The position numbers and the translations under genes are program-made. 50,891 nucleotides of DNA from an uncultured Bacteroidales bacterium (GTDB taxonomy: Bacteria; Bacteroidota; Bacteroidia; Bacteroidales; UBA4417), in contig CAIRHD010000560.1 in assembly GCA_903878265.1 (NCBI GenBank), forward strand, positions 1 through 50,891. Reading direction: 5' to 3'. The notes under the pieces are model-generated. The model saw nothing but the letters and a program-made list of their open reading frames with translations. It was not told the origin of the DNA and made no database searches. Positions 33,087 to 43,577 of this stretch are shown piece by piece. Each line of letters opens with the position of its first letter. Position 1 is the first letter of the stretch.

Positions 33087-35099
33087 TTACCGTTTGCTAT
33101 TGAGATTCTTTATTGAACGCCCATATTTCTCATAATCGATTTTTGAAATGGTGGCTGGCTCATCGTCATCGGCACCAATTTGGGAAACTTTAGCGAAAAT
33201 TTCAGGATATTTTTCCTGAACAAAAGCCACATAGCGTTCAACAGTGTTGATAATCATGCCATCTTTCCTAAAACTGTTTCGGCGTAGGTTCGCAGTAAGC
33301 ACATGTGTTACCCCTGAGTTTTGCAATGTATTGAGCAACGAATCAGGATAGTACAACTTTACCATTTTGCCGTCGGGAAGCATGGACTTAAAATTAGCAA
33401 CAGTTGAAATATAGTTAAATCCAGAGGACTTGATTTCGGCAGAATAAATATTGCGCAAGCTATCATTGAGCTTATCGGCAAAGTAAACGGTATCGCCAAC
33501 GAATAGCATTGCCAACATGTTTTCTTTTAATGTTTTGTACAAACCATTCGAGATTTGTTTGCCCTTAAAATCATCATAATCGAACAACATATACGATTGC
33601 TCGTCTTTTGCCCAGTTTTGAAAGAAAACATCGATGCTGTAAGCCGGCAATTGCATTATTCCATAAAAATTCCTGCCTTTGCCATAAACAAATGATATTG
33701 ATGGTTTTCGACAAGCGATAACCGCTTCCTTTGGCAGATTGGTGGCCGCCCATTCGCTTGCTTGCAAATAGTTTCTCCAATCAGGTGAAAGTCCGCTGTA
33801 CATGCCTTTTATTTCGTTGTTAGCTTTTATGGCACCTGCCGTAACTGCAAGGCTTTGAAAGAATATCAGCAATGCGAACACAGGAATGGAAACCTGCAAT
33901 ATTTTAAGTTTTGGCATACCCGAAACAAAGTAAAGCAGCGAAAACATCATCATCAACAACAACGGGACAGTCGGGATAATGAGGCGGCTTTGATCCCACC
34001 GTGTCTGTAAAATCACAAAAGAGATCAATAAAAATGTGCCTGTCAAAAGCCCGATAAAGAACAAATACTTATTCTTTCGATAAGTAACTATCAGTGAACC
34101 AATGGCAGAAATGTAGATTAGGATTGTAACAAGCGAACTCACGCCCATATCGGGCGCAACCTTTTTCATCCCGATAACGGAAATAAAATGTTTCGACAAA
34201 TAAAGTTTTGAGTTTTCGAGAAAGCGGGTGTAGAAACCTGCCAAATCTTCTTTACCAGCCTGTGGGTTGTAATAATCCTTGTTCATCAACCCAGAACCTT
34301 GGGTCGAAAACTGCAATCCGTTGTCGCTCCATACCATATATTTAATCCCTTGAAAAAAAAGCATTAAAACAGCAAAAGTGATAATCGAGAAGAGGAGGTT
34401 TTTCCATTGTCCCTGTAAAAGGAAATATCCTGTAACCGCAAAAAGTGCCGAATAACCAATGTTTTTTGTGAGCACAATCGCCAGAAGGCTAAGAGCGAGA
34501 ATCAGATGCCGATTAATATCTTGTTTGAAAGTTACAGCCTCATGCTTGTCAATAAACCCACGGAAGAAAACCAGGATCATTGCCATTTGAACGAGCAAAT
34601 AAAAAGCTTCGTTATAGGTTTGGCTTGCGTAATACAAAATAAACGAATTTATACTCATAATCAATAAAACAACCACCAATAAAGTTGAAGGTATGCGCGA
34701 ACGGAAAGCGATATAAAACAGGTACATAAACCCCAACATCGCAATAAGCGAAAAGGCTTTGAGTGGCACGAGGCTGATACCAAAAATAGCAACAAATAGC
34801 GAAAGCACAATTGGATATAAAGAGCCTTGAAATGAAGGGTAAACGAACGAATGGATAAAATCGGATGCTTTGATAATATAAAATGAATCGTCGCCTGTAA
34901 GGCTTACCCTTGGATCGAAAAGCAAGATGCTTATCAAGAACGTTAAACCTAAAATCACCCAAATCAGCTTGTTTAAATGCCTATCCAAAAAGCTGTCCAT
35001 GATTCCAAGCAAATCCTTGATCTTTGCCGGAGTATTGTTTATTTTAGCTGTGGAGGGTGTGGTTTTGCTGGTTTTTAGGTTCCCACTATTTTTTGCCAT
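33087..35099 (-). CDS. GT-C-fold membrane glycosyltransferase, ArnT/PMT (GT39/GT83)-like
   Basis: 670 aa with about 11-13 TM helices. An acidic first-loop motif (SLTGDDSFYIIKASDF) follows TM1. A ~230-aa C-terminal soluble domain follows the membrane part. It is divergent from a GT2 polyprenyl-phosphate-type transferase gene. Confidence 0.55.
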   Translation of the reverse strand: MAKNSGNLKTSKTTPSTAKINNTPAKIKDLLGIMDSFLDRHLNKLIWVILGLTFLISILLFDPRVSLTGDDSFYIIKASDFIHSFVYPSFQGSLYPIVLSLFVAIFGISLVPLKAFSLIAMLGFMYLFYIAFRSRIPSTLLVVVLLIMSINSFILYYASQTYNEAFYLLVQMAMILVFFRGFIDKHEAVTFKQDINRHLILALSLLAIVLTKNIGYSALFAVTGYFLLQGQWKNLLFSIITFAVLMLFFQGIKYMVWSDNGLQFSTQGSGLMNKDYYNPQAGKEDLAGFYTRFLENSKLYLSKHFISVIGMKKVAPDMGVSSLVTILIYISAIGSLIVTYRKNKYLFFIGLLTGTFLLISFVILQTRWDQSRLIIPTVPLLLMMMFSLLYFVSGMPKLKILQVSIPVFALLIFFQSLAVTAGAIKANNEIKGMYSGLSPDWRNYLQASEWAATNLPKEAVIACRKPSISFVYGKGRNFYGIMQLPAYSIDVFFQNWAKDEQSYMLFDYDDFKGKQISNGLYKTLKENMLAMLFVGDTVYFADKLNDSLRNIYSAEIKSSGFNYISTVANFKSMLPDGKMVKLYYPDSLLNTLQNSGVTHVLTANLRRNSFRKDGMIINTVERYVAFVQEKYPEIFAKVSQIGADDDEPATISKIDYEKYGRSIKNLNSKR

Positions 35100-35365
35100 A
35101 GTTGCTATTTAAAAAATTACACATTTTAATCGCTTACAAATATCCGCATTTTTCGCCAATCAGGAAACGCTGGGGCGCAATTCATACAATTAATGCATCT
35201 CGATTCAAGCTATATTCAACTTAGTCAAGCTTTTTTGATAGTAAAGTAAGTCCATTTCTTGAGTCAGCATTATTTTGATCGGGCCAAAAACATAATCAAC
35301 ATCAGATGAAATGCAGATTTCTTTTGTAGTTTTGCCGTATTAAAGCAAATTCAGGGAAAACGATT

Positions 35366-36769
35366 ATGAAGAAAGAGGATATCAAGCAATTTTATACGAA
35401 AAATGCTTCTTCGCGCAGCAAATGGGAAAGGATGAACCGGTTTTATCACAAATCGATAGAAAAGTACATTTCTTCCATAATTCCCGAAGGCAAGCGCGTA
35501 CTCGAAATAGGTTGCGGGAATGGTGACTTACTTGCAAAAACCTCTCCTTCGTATGGTGTTGGTATAGATTATGCACCTGCTTTTGTTGAAACTGCAAGCA
35601 AACGCTATCCTAACCTTATTTTTAAAGTTGACGATGTTGAAGAGTTGCAGTTGAACGAGGTATTTGACTACATAATACTTTCCGACCTGACGAATTGCTT
35701 ATGGGATGTTCAGATTGCATTTCACAATATCAAAAAACTTTGTCATCCACAGACCCGGATCGTGATTTCACAGTACAATTATGTGTGGGAACCTATTTTG
35801 CGTTCCAGCGAATTCCTGCGCCTAAAACTGCACCAGCCTGCCCAAAATTGGTTTTCTAACAGCGACACTTGCAGCCTATTGGAACTCGAAGGTTATCAGG
35901 TTGTGCGAATCGACCAGAAGCTGATGCTGCCAAAGTACATTCCGATCTTAAACCTGTTTTTTAATAAATTTCTCGCCAATTTGCCTTTATTCAATAGCCT
36001 TGACCTTGTTAACCTAATAATTGCAAGGCCTTTATTGAGCGACGACCAACAATACAGCGTTTCGATTGTAGTACCGGCCCGCAACGAAAAAGGGAATATC
36101 GAGAATGCTATAAAACGCACTCCTGCTTTTGGAACCCATCAGGAATTTGTGTTTATCGAAGGCCACTCGGCTGACAATACTTACGAAGAAATGCTTCGCA
36201 TAAAAGCTGCTTATCCTGACAAAGATATTAAAGTGCTGCGGCAAAGCGGTAAAGGTAAAGGCAATGCTGTTCGTGAGGCATTTGAGGTTTCCACAGGTGA
36301 GATATTGATGATTCTGGATGCAGATTTAACAATGCCTCCCGAAGAATTGCCGAAATTTTATGATGCTCTCCGCTACAACAAAGGTGAATTTATAAATGGC
36401 AGTAGATTGGTTTACCCAATGGATAAAAATGCCATGCGTTTTCTTAACCTGTTGGGAAACAAGTTTTTCGGTATGTTTTTCTCGTATTTGTTGGGCCAAA
36501 GGCTGAAAGATACCCTTTGTGGAACCAAAGTGCTGTATAAAAAAGATTACGATCAGATTACACGAAACCGTCATTATTTCGGTGATTTTGATCCATTTGG
36601 CGATTTCGACCTGATTTTTGGCGCTGCAAAACTGAATCTGAAAATCACCGAAATCATCATCCGCTACCGCGACCGCGAATATGGAAGCACCCAGATAAGC
36701 CGCTTCAAACATGGATGGCTGCTAATTAAAATGATGGTTTTTGCGGCCAAAAAAATAAAGTTCAAATAG
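35366..36769 (+). CDS. Bifunctional class I SAM-dependent methyltransferase / family-2 glycosyltransferase fusion
   Basis: The N-terminal part has KRVLEIGCGNGDLL (methyltransferase motif I). The C-terminal part has SVSIVVPARNEKGNIENAI, MILDADLTMPPEEL (DxD) and LCGTKVLYKKDY, which are typical of dolichyl/undecaprenyl-phosphate glycosyltransferase-like GT2 enzymes. Confidence 0.8.
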   Translation: MKKEDIKQFYTKNASSRSKWERMNRFYHKSIEKYISSIIPEGKRVLEIGCGNGDLLAKTSPSYGVGIDYAPAFVETASKRYPNLIFKVDDVEELQLNEVFDYIILSDLTNCLWDVQIAFHNIKKLCHPQTRIVISQYNYVWEPILRSSEFLRLKLHQPAQNWFSNSDTCSLLELEGYQVVRIDQKLMLPKYIPILNLFFNKFLANLPLFNSLDLVNLIIARPLLSDDQQYSVSIVVPARNEKGNIENAIKRTPAFGTHQEFVFIEGHSADNTYEEMLRIKAAYPDKDIKVLRQSGKGKGNAVREAFEVSTGEILMILDADLTMPPEELPKFYDALRYNKGEFINGSRLVYPMDKNAMRFLNLLGNKFFGMFFSYLLGQRLKDTLCGTKVLYKKDYDQITRNRHYFGDFDPFGDFDLIFGAAKLNLKITEIIIRYRDREYGSTQISRFKHGWLLIKMMVFAAKKIKFK

Positions 36770-36830
36770 GATTTACGTTTTTAGCAGGTATCAACTTAAA
36801 TTAAAATATCAAATCGGAATAATCACGAAT

Positions 36831-37562
36831 ATGGACAAACGCCTACAGAACGAAATTGAACATGGTAAATTCCTGGCCCATGAAGGTGCAGGAGAAGTAT
36901 GGAATTGGGAGTCCCCGGCTGGCAAGATTCGGTGGCAACGCAGAGTTAAAATGCTGACAGCAAGTATAAAACAAACCGATAAAATCCTGGAATTAGGATG
37001 CGGAACTGGATACTTTACCAAAGAAATTGTAAGTTCAGGAGCTTTTGTTACCGCAATTGATATTTCACCAGAGTTATTAACAATTGCCAAAAAGGAAATT
37101 ACCGCATCTAACGTTAGTTTCGAGATAGAAAATGCTTACGAATTAAGTTTTAAAGACAACACTTTTGATCTGATTATAGGCAGTTCGGTCCTTCATCATT
37201 TAGAAATTAAAAAAGCAATCTGCGAAATGCACAGGGTACTCAAGCCGGGTGGAAGGATTTTTTTTACAGAGCCAAATATGATGAACCCCCAAATTGCAAT
37301 GCAAAAAAACATTCCTTCCTTAAAACGGAAACTCGGTGATTCCCCTGACGAAACTGCATTTTTCCGATGGTCGTTAAAAAATCTTATGCTCAATACCGGT
37401 TTTTTAGCAATAGCAATAAAGCCTTTTGATTTTCTTCATCCTGCTTTATCCCCATATCTCATTCCGCTGGTTTCAACTTTAGGTTCAATGGTTGAAAAAA
37501 CTCCTGTCCTAAAGGAAATTGCTGGTTCACTTTATATTACAGCACAAAAACCATTCGCTTAA
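36831..37562 (+). CDS. Class I SAM-dependent methyltransferase
   Basis: 243 aa. Motifs KILELGCGTGYFT, AIDISPELL and LKPGGRIFFTEPN. Confidence 0.8.
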   Translation: MDKRLQNEIEHGKFLAHEGAGEVWNWESPAGKIRWQRRVKMLTASIKQTDKILELGCGTGYFTKEIVSSGAFVTAIDISPELLTIAKKEITASNVSFEIENAYELSFKDNTFDLIIGSSVLHHLEIKKAICEMHRVLKPGGRIFFTEPNMMNPQIAMQKNIPSLKRKLGDSPDETAFFRWSLKNLMLNTGFLAIAIKPFDFLHPALSPYLIPLVSTLGSMVEKTPVLKEIAGSLYITAQKPFA

Positions 37563-37835
37563 AGCGTTCGCGAAGGCGATATATAATTTATCTTTAAAGC
37601 TTTCTACCCGATTGTTGTTTAAATAATAAAGAGTAAGATGCCTTTACAAAAACTTTTGTTCCAGTGCGGTTTGATAGAATTTGGGCACTAAAATACCAAA
37701 CTACAATAAAATCTTTCTAAATATGGGAGAAAATCAAAAATAATTTCATTTTCATTTTATTATCACGTTCCTATTTCTAATCTTTGTGAATTGTTTAACA
37801 ACAACTAACCTTTTGTGTAAATAATTCATATACAG

Positions 37836-39167
37836 ATGAAAGCAGCAATAACCGACACCCCTATCGATTTCGAAATCGTAACCAGCAAGATTAAAGAGTT
37901 GAACGTTCCTGTAGTTGGCAAAGCCACGATAAGGGAAATAAAACGGCTTGTGGATAACATTGAATCAGCTTCTGGCAAAAAGTTTATCCGTATGGAAATG
38001 GGAGTGCCTGGTTTGCCCCCTGCCCAAATAGGCACTGATGCCGAAATTGCTGCTTTGCAAAGAGGTGTTGCCGCTATTTATCCTGATATCGATGGAATTC
38101 CGCCATTGAAAAAGGAAGTTTCCTTGTTTGTAAAAAATTTCCTCGATATTGATGTGGATCCTGCCGGCTGCATACCAACAGTTGGTTCCATGCAAGGTGG
38201 TTTTGCCTGTTTTATCACCCTTTCGAAGATGTACAAGGAAAAAGATACCACCTTGTTTATCGATCCTGGATTTCCGGTACACAAACAGCAGCACCGCGTA
38301 ATGGGCTTAAAGTTCGATAGCTTTGATGTGTACGAATACCGTGGCGAAAAGCTGCGTGCCAAACTTGAATCGTATTTTGCAAAAGGGAATATCCATTCTG
38401 TTTTGTATTCAAACCCTAACAACCCGTCGTGGATTTGTTTTACCGATGAGGAATTGCAAATTATCGGCGATTTGGCCAATAAATACAATGTGGTCATTCT
38501 GGAAGATTTGGCATATTTCGGAATGGATTTCCGCAAGGATTACAGCAAACCCGGACAACCACCTTACCAACCCACTGTTGCAAAATACACCGACAATTAT
38601 ATTTTGCTTATCAGCAGCTCGAAGGCTTTTAGCTATGCCGGGCAGCGAATTGGGATGATGGTGATTAGTGACAAGCTATTCAATACGGAAGCCGATGATT
38701 TGTTGCGCAACTATTCGAGCAATCAGTTTGGCCGCGCCATGATTTTTGGAAGCGTATATTCCCTCAGTTCAGGCACTGCCCACTCGGCACAGTATGCCCT
38801 TGCAGCCATTCTGAAAGCCGCAAACGAAGGCAAGTTCAACTTTGTTGAAGAAGTGAAGGAATATGGCGAAAAAGCCAAAATAATGAAAAAACTCTTTCTC
38901 AATAGCGGGTTTAAAATTGTTTACGATAAAGATATAGACAAACCAATTGCCGATGGCTTTTACTTTACCATAATGTACCCAGGTTTCGATGGGCCGGATT
39001 TGATCGAAGAACTGCTATATTACGGTATCAGTGCCATTTCGCTATCTATTACCGGAAGCGAACATACCGAAGGCCTCAGGGCATGCGTTTCGTTGGTAAT
39101 GCGCACCCAATTCCCAGAGTTGGAATATCGGCTGAAGAAATTTCACGAACACCATCCGATTGGGTAA
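37836..39167 (+). CDS. PLP-dependent aminotransferase, class I/II fold
   Basis: 443 aa. NPNNPSW and LISSSKAFSYAGQRIG (Schiff-base Lys context S-x-S-K-x-x-x-x-x-G-x-R-x-G). Confidence 0.8.
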   Translation: MKAAITDTPIDFEIVTSKIKELNVPVVGKATIREIKRLVDNIESASGKKFIRMEMGVPGLPPAQIGTDAEIAALQRGVAAIYPDIDGIPPLKKEVSLFVKNFLDIDVDPAGCIPTVGSMQGGFACFITLSKMYKEKDTTLFIDPGFPVHKQQHRVMGLKFDSFDVYEYRGEKLRAKLESYFAKGNIHSVLYSNPNNPSWICFTDEELQIIGDLANKYNVVILEDLAYFGMDFRKDYSKPGQPPYQPTVAKYTDNYILLISSSKAFSYAGQRIGMMVISDKLFNTEADDLLRNYSSNQFGRAMIFGSVYSLSSGTAHSAQYALAAILKAANEGKFNFVEEVKEYGEKAKIMKKLFLNSGFKIVYDKDIDKPIADGFYFTIMYPGFDGPDLIEELLYYGISAISLSITGSEHTEGLRACVSLVMRTQFPELEYRLKKFHEHHPIG

Positions 39168-39564
39168 AACAGCCCAGCTTTGGCCTTGTAAGGGAGTTAT
39201 AGCATGAAGGATTACGCCCTATCAGGGCTTATAATTGGTTGCTGCAAGCTGCAGTGGCAAATAGTTCAGGAGCTTTCCTGTTTTCGTCAATAGGACACCC
39301 AAGAATTAATTTAGATTATTATATCGCAAAATACTGTATTACAAATATATGAAATCAATGCCGGAAATTTGACGAAAACTGGACATCGGATGTGGAATAA
39401 CAAAACATTTCCCCCTTTTGTTTTGAAGCATTTTATCCCAATCTACTTTGGTCCTAATCCATAGCAGATTGGGATTTCTTCTATTTGCAAGTAAAAGGCT
39501 GAATGAAAATTTATGCGGATTTGGTTTTTCTGTTACGAAATCCTTCTTTTTTAATCATCAAAAT

Positions 39565-40842
39565 TTAGGTACTGATATTATGCTTTGTGTCGAATGAATA
39601 CAAAATCAATCCTACGAAAATAGTTGATAATCCGACGATACTTTCCTTCGGATGAGCAATAAAAGTAAAATAACAGATATACACCCCAAAAGCCAAAAAT
39701 ACGGTTGGGAAAAGCCAAAAATAATTCCCTTTGAATATTTGCCTTTTAAGCGATGGTATAGTATACACTGTTGCTACTGCAATGGTACTCAGTATTTGAA
39801 GCAGGAAAGATGCATAGATAAAAATCTGTTCAAATTCACCAGTTAGAATTATCAGGATAGCAATACATGCATGAACCCATAAAGCCAAATAAGGGATTTC
39901 ATTCCTCGTTTTATTCATAAAACTCCAAAGTTTATTTTCTTTTGAAGTTGCAAAACTCACCCTCGAGCCAATCCATAAATAACCACTAATAGTAGCTATT
40001 AACTGTAATGCGATAAAGAAACTGACCCATTTGGCACCGCTCAACCCCAAAAAGCCTTTAGCGGCAATTGATGCAACATCTTCCTGGTTAACCAGTGAAA
40101 GAACTGAAGCATGTTTTAAAAAAACATAATTGATGAGAACATATACTATTGTAACAAACAAGGTGCCGACAATGAGGGATTTGGGTAGGTTTTTGGTTGG
40201 ATTTTTTATCTCGCCAACAATATAAGAAGCAGAATTCCAGCCGGTATAAGCAAAAGCCACAAAAACCAATGAACTTGCATACTCAGGCATTTGGATTTCT
40301 TTTACCCAGCTATGGCTGAAATTCAACCCATTTCCGGCATCGGGGGCAATGTATAAGCCTAAGCCAATCAATGCCATTACAAATACAACTTTCAGCAACG
40401 TAAAGAGGTTATGGAAATCGCTACTTGTCCTTAAACTGAAAGATTGCGATAAAGCAATTAGAATAATGACTCCGATTGCGAATCCTTTGCCCAACCCCAG
40501 ACCGAAAATTTGCAGATATTTACTCATTGCCAAAGCTGCCAGGGAAACTGGTGCCGAGAAGCCAACAATGAGTGAAACCCAACTGCTCAAATATCCGAAT
40601 ATAGGATGAAAGCCCCTGGATAAATAGATATAATCGCCCCCGGTTTCTTTATAATAATTTCCTAATTCGGAATAGCAAAAAGCACCAAACAAGGCCAATA
40701 CACCGCCAACCGACCAAAGCAAAATAATGGTATAGGTGTTCGTTAAACTGGCAACCTGATAGCCCAAAGAAGTAAAAACCCCGGTTCCAATCATGTTTGA
40801 AACCACTAAGGCTGTGGCCGTAATCCAACTAATTTTTTTCAA
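39565..40842 (-). CDS. APC-superfamily amino acid permease
   Basis: 425 aa with about 12 TM helices. The N-terminal region VVSNMIGTGVFTSLG is typical of APC transporters. Confidence 0.8.
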   Translation of the reverse strand: MKKISWITATALVVSNMIGTGVFTSLGYQVASLTNTYTIILLWSVGGVLALFGAFCYSELGNYYKETGGDYIYLSRGFHPIFGYLSSWVSLIVGFSAPVSLAALAMSKYLQIFGLGLGKGFAIGVIILIALSQSFSLRTSSDFHNLFTLLKVVFVMALIGLGLYIAPDAGNGLNFSHSWVKEIQMPEYASSLVFVAFAYTGWNSASYIVGEIKNPTKNLPKSLIVGTLFVTIVYVLINYVFLKHASVLSLVNQEDVASIAAKGFLGLSGAKWVSFFIALQLIATISGYLWIGSRVSFATSKENKLWSFMNKTRNEIPYLALWVHACIAILIILTGEFEQIFIYASFLLQILSTIAVATVYTIPSLKRQIFKGNYFWLFPTVFLAFGVYICYFTFIAHPKESIVGLSTIFVGLILYSFDTKHNIST

Positions 40843-40861
40843 ATCTTCGCAGAGTTAAAAT

Positions 40862-40898
40862 AAAAAAAACTTTGTCGGGGAATTGCACCCCGACAAAG
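40862..40898 (-). terminator. Rho-independent terminator of the TonB-dependent receptor gene
   Basis: ctttgtcgggg-aattgca-ccccgacaaag forms a perfect 11-bp stem. On the minus strand it is followed by a T8 run (the A8 at 40862..40869 on the plus strand). It lies 25 nt past the stop codon. Confidence 0.8.
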
Positions 40899-40922
40899 TA
40901 GTTAAGTACTTAGAACAACTAT

Positions 40923-43577
40923 TTATAAACTGCAACTTATCCTTCCAAAAAAGTATGAGCCAGTGGTCCCCATTTGAACCGGGGCATATTTGAACACTCC
41001 AAAATAGCTGTTTTCATAAACCTGTAAATCAGGAAATACATCAAACAGGTTGTTCGCACCCAAGGCAAACAGGATTTTAGGCGTTATTTTATACGAAACA
41101 CTCAAATCGGTAACAACTTTTCCGGCATGTTTCTGGGTAATCCCAAAAGGGAACCCATCTCTTGTAACTTCGCCAAAATAGGTGTTCCGCAACAAAACGG
41201 AGAGTTTCTTGATGTTATAATCCAATGCCAGCGTTCCTTTGCTTCGGGGAGTGTTAGTCTCGATAAGGCTTCTTTCCTGTGGCCCAAAATAAACATCTTC
41301 CTGTCCAACAAATGCTTGAGGAATATAATTTAACTTATCATCAACCATGTTTTTGTTGAAGTTATATAGCAACGAAGCATTCAGTTTACCAGCACCCAAA
41401 GCGAAAGTATAGTCAACCACTACATCTATCCCTTGGGTTGCAGTGTTGATAGCATTTGTAAAAAATCGACCTGTTTGCGCCCCATATTGCGCGAATAATA
41501 CCTGGAGTTCAGGAACAGGTTCTCCATAAGCGTCATTCCCTAAATTACCGGTAAGGATAATCCGGTTGTTGATATTAATCTGGTATGCATCAATAGTAAT
41601 ATTTAATTTCTTTATCGGAGTAAACACAAAGCCAAGGCTATAGTTGTTTGATGTTTCCTCTTTCAAAGCAGGAATTCCAAGTTGTTTTGCAAGCTCGCTA
41701 TCGTTTCTGAAAATACCGGAATTCAGCAATACGCCATCTACAACATCCGTAGCAATATTGTTGAAATAGGCTTGCTGCAACGAAGGTGCCCTGAATCCTG
41801 TGCTCATGGAACCACGCACAAAAAAGTTGTCGGTAATCTTATACCTGGTGGACAGTTTGCCGTTTATGGTATTTCCAAAATCCGAATAGTTTTCGTACCG
41901 TAAAGCGAAACCAACTAAAAATTTCTTCGTGATATCTGCCTCAATATCAGTGTAAACCCCGATACTATGTCTTTGTTTGTTTACTTCATTCAACGGAGAG
42001 AATCCAGGGAATGATTGCGCTCCACCATCTTTATACGAAGCTTCTTCCCCTGCTTTGATCTGATAATCTTCCAAACGGAATTCGGCACCGAAGGCTACAT
42101 TGAGCCCGCTTAAAAATGATGAGTAGGAACGGGATGCATCAGCGTTCATCGTATTTTGTAAAAAAGAGTGGCTTCCTGCATTAAAAACTGTTGGGCTGCT
42201 TGCACCCATGGAAGCATTGTTGGTGTTAGCTACTTCGTACTTGAAGTCATTGTTTCCAATAGTGTTGCTTACATCAAATTTCCAATTGGAGAGATCAAAA
42301 CGTATTCCCGAGATTAACGAAACATCGGCAATGTTGGATTTTAATTCAGGTTGAAATCCAATAGGAAATAATTCGGGAACAACATTTCCGGTTTCACTTG
42401 GTAAGCGCCTGAACCCAAACCCCATACCATTTCGTTTGCTAACGCCACCTGAAAAATACAATTCAACTTTTTTATTCAAGGGGATTGATGAATTTAGAAA
42501 TCCCTGGATGTTTTGTATCTTGGCATCACCTACCTGGAAGTTAAAATCATCACGGGTAAGACCTGCAGCAGCAATTTTATCGTCATCAATTTTGCGCGCA
42601 GCAACTGGATCGTCGCACCAATCGTAGGTGAAAAAATTGCCAAATTCCGATTGATCAAAGATAATCAGGTTGTTGTTTTGCGAACGGTTGGTTTTTTCGC
42701 GGTTGTTATATTCGGCGGTCAGATTTATAAAACCACCTTTTTTCCCCAGTTTGGCTCCATAATTCAGGTTCAAATCTGTTGTCTGGCCATCGTTGCGTGA
42801 AGTTTGCCCATAAGTAGCTTCTGCCTGAAAACCAATATTGTCATTCAGAATCAGATTGATAACACCGGCAATTGCATCTGAACCATATTGTGCAGCGGCA
42901 CCATCGCGCAAAACTTCAATACGTTTGATTGCCGAAGCAGGTATTGCGCTTAAGTCGGTTCCAACTGACCCATTGCCTACCGTATTCTGATAATTTACCA
43001 ACGAAGTAGTGTGTCTTCTTTTTCCATTCACCAAAACCAAAACCTGATCAGGACCCAGCCCTCTCAACGAGGCAGGATCAATGTGTTCGGTTCCGTCGGA
43101 TGCCGATTGGCGGTTAGAGTTAAAAGAAGGAATCAGGTAAGTTAATATGTCGTTGGCTGAATTTTGCGGTGTCATGGATCTCATCTTTACCAAATTCACA
43201 ACATCTACAGGCACAGGGGTTTCCAGTTTGCTTAATTTAGGATTTCGAGTGCCAACAACTATAAATTCGTTGAGGCTGGTATTCAGTAAACTGAGTTGGA
43301 TTTCGATATAGTTGCTTTTTGCCAGAACTTCTTTGGTTTCGTATCCAACAGAGGAAATCAGTAAAATAGGTGATCCCATTTCTGTTGTAAGTGTGAATTT
43401 CCCTTCAGTATCGCTAATAGTACCATTATTGGTTCCTTTGATAGCGATTGAAGCAAATTCCACAGGTTCTCCTTTGTCATTTTTTACTATTCCCTTAAAA
43501 ATGTGACTTTGAGAATAAAGCAAATTGCCGGAAAAAATCAAGAGTGATGCGATAAAAAGTTTTAGAGTTTTTTTCAT
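40923..43577 (-). CDS. TonB-dependent outer-membrane receptor with an N-terminal CarboxypepD_reg-like domain
   Basis: The probable start is MKKTLKLFIASLLIFSGNLLYSQS. IFKGIVKNDKGEPVEFASIAIKGTNNGTISDTEGKFTL is the CarboxypepD_reg part. The plug region includes IEVLRDGAAAQYGSDAIAGVINLIL. A long beta-barrel follows. Confidence 0.85.
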   Translation of the reverse strand: MKKTLKLFIASLLIFSGNLLYSQSHIFKGIVKNDKGEPVEFASIAIKGTNNGTISDTEGKFTLTTEMGSPILLISSVGYETKEVLAKSNYIEIQLSLLNTSLNEFIVVGTRNPKLSKLETPVPVDVVNLVKMRSMTPQNSANDILTYLIPSFNSNRQSASDGTEHIDPASLRGLGPDQVLVLVNGKRRHTTSLVNYQNTVGNGSVGTDLSAIPASAIKRIEVLRDGAAAQYGSDAIAGVINLILNDNIGFQAEATYGQTSRNDGQTTDLNLNYGAKLGKKGGFINLTAEYNNREKTNRSQNNNLIIFDQSEFGNFFTYDWCDDPVAARKIDDDKIAAAGLTRDDFNFQVGDAKIQNIQGFLNSSIPLNKKVELYFSGGVSKRNGMGFGFRRLPSETGNVVPELFPIGFQPELKSNIADVSLISGIRFDLSNWKFDVSNTIGNNDFKYEVANTNNASMGASSPTVFNAGSHSFLQNTMNADASRSYSSFLSGLNVAFGAEFRLEDYQIKAGEEASYKDGGAQSFPGFSPLNEVNKQRHSIGVYTDIEADITKKFLVGFALRYENYSDFGNTINGKLSTRYKITDNFFVRGSMSTGFRAPSLQQAYFNNIATDVVDGVLLNSGIFRNDSELAKQLGIPALKEETSNNYSLGFVFTPIKKLNITIDAYQININNRIILTGNLGNDAYGEPVPELQVLFAQYGAQTGRFFTNAINTATQGIDVVVDYTFALGAGKLNASLLYNFNKNMVDDKLNYIPQAFVGQEDVYFGPQERSLIETNTPRSKGTLALDYNIKKLSVLLRNTYFGEVTRDGFPFGITQKHAGKVVTDLSVSYKITPKILFALGANNLFDVFPDLQVYENSYFGVFKYAPVQMGTTGSYFFGRISCSL

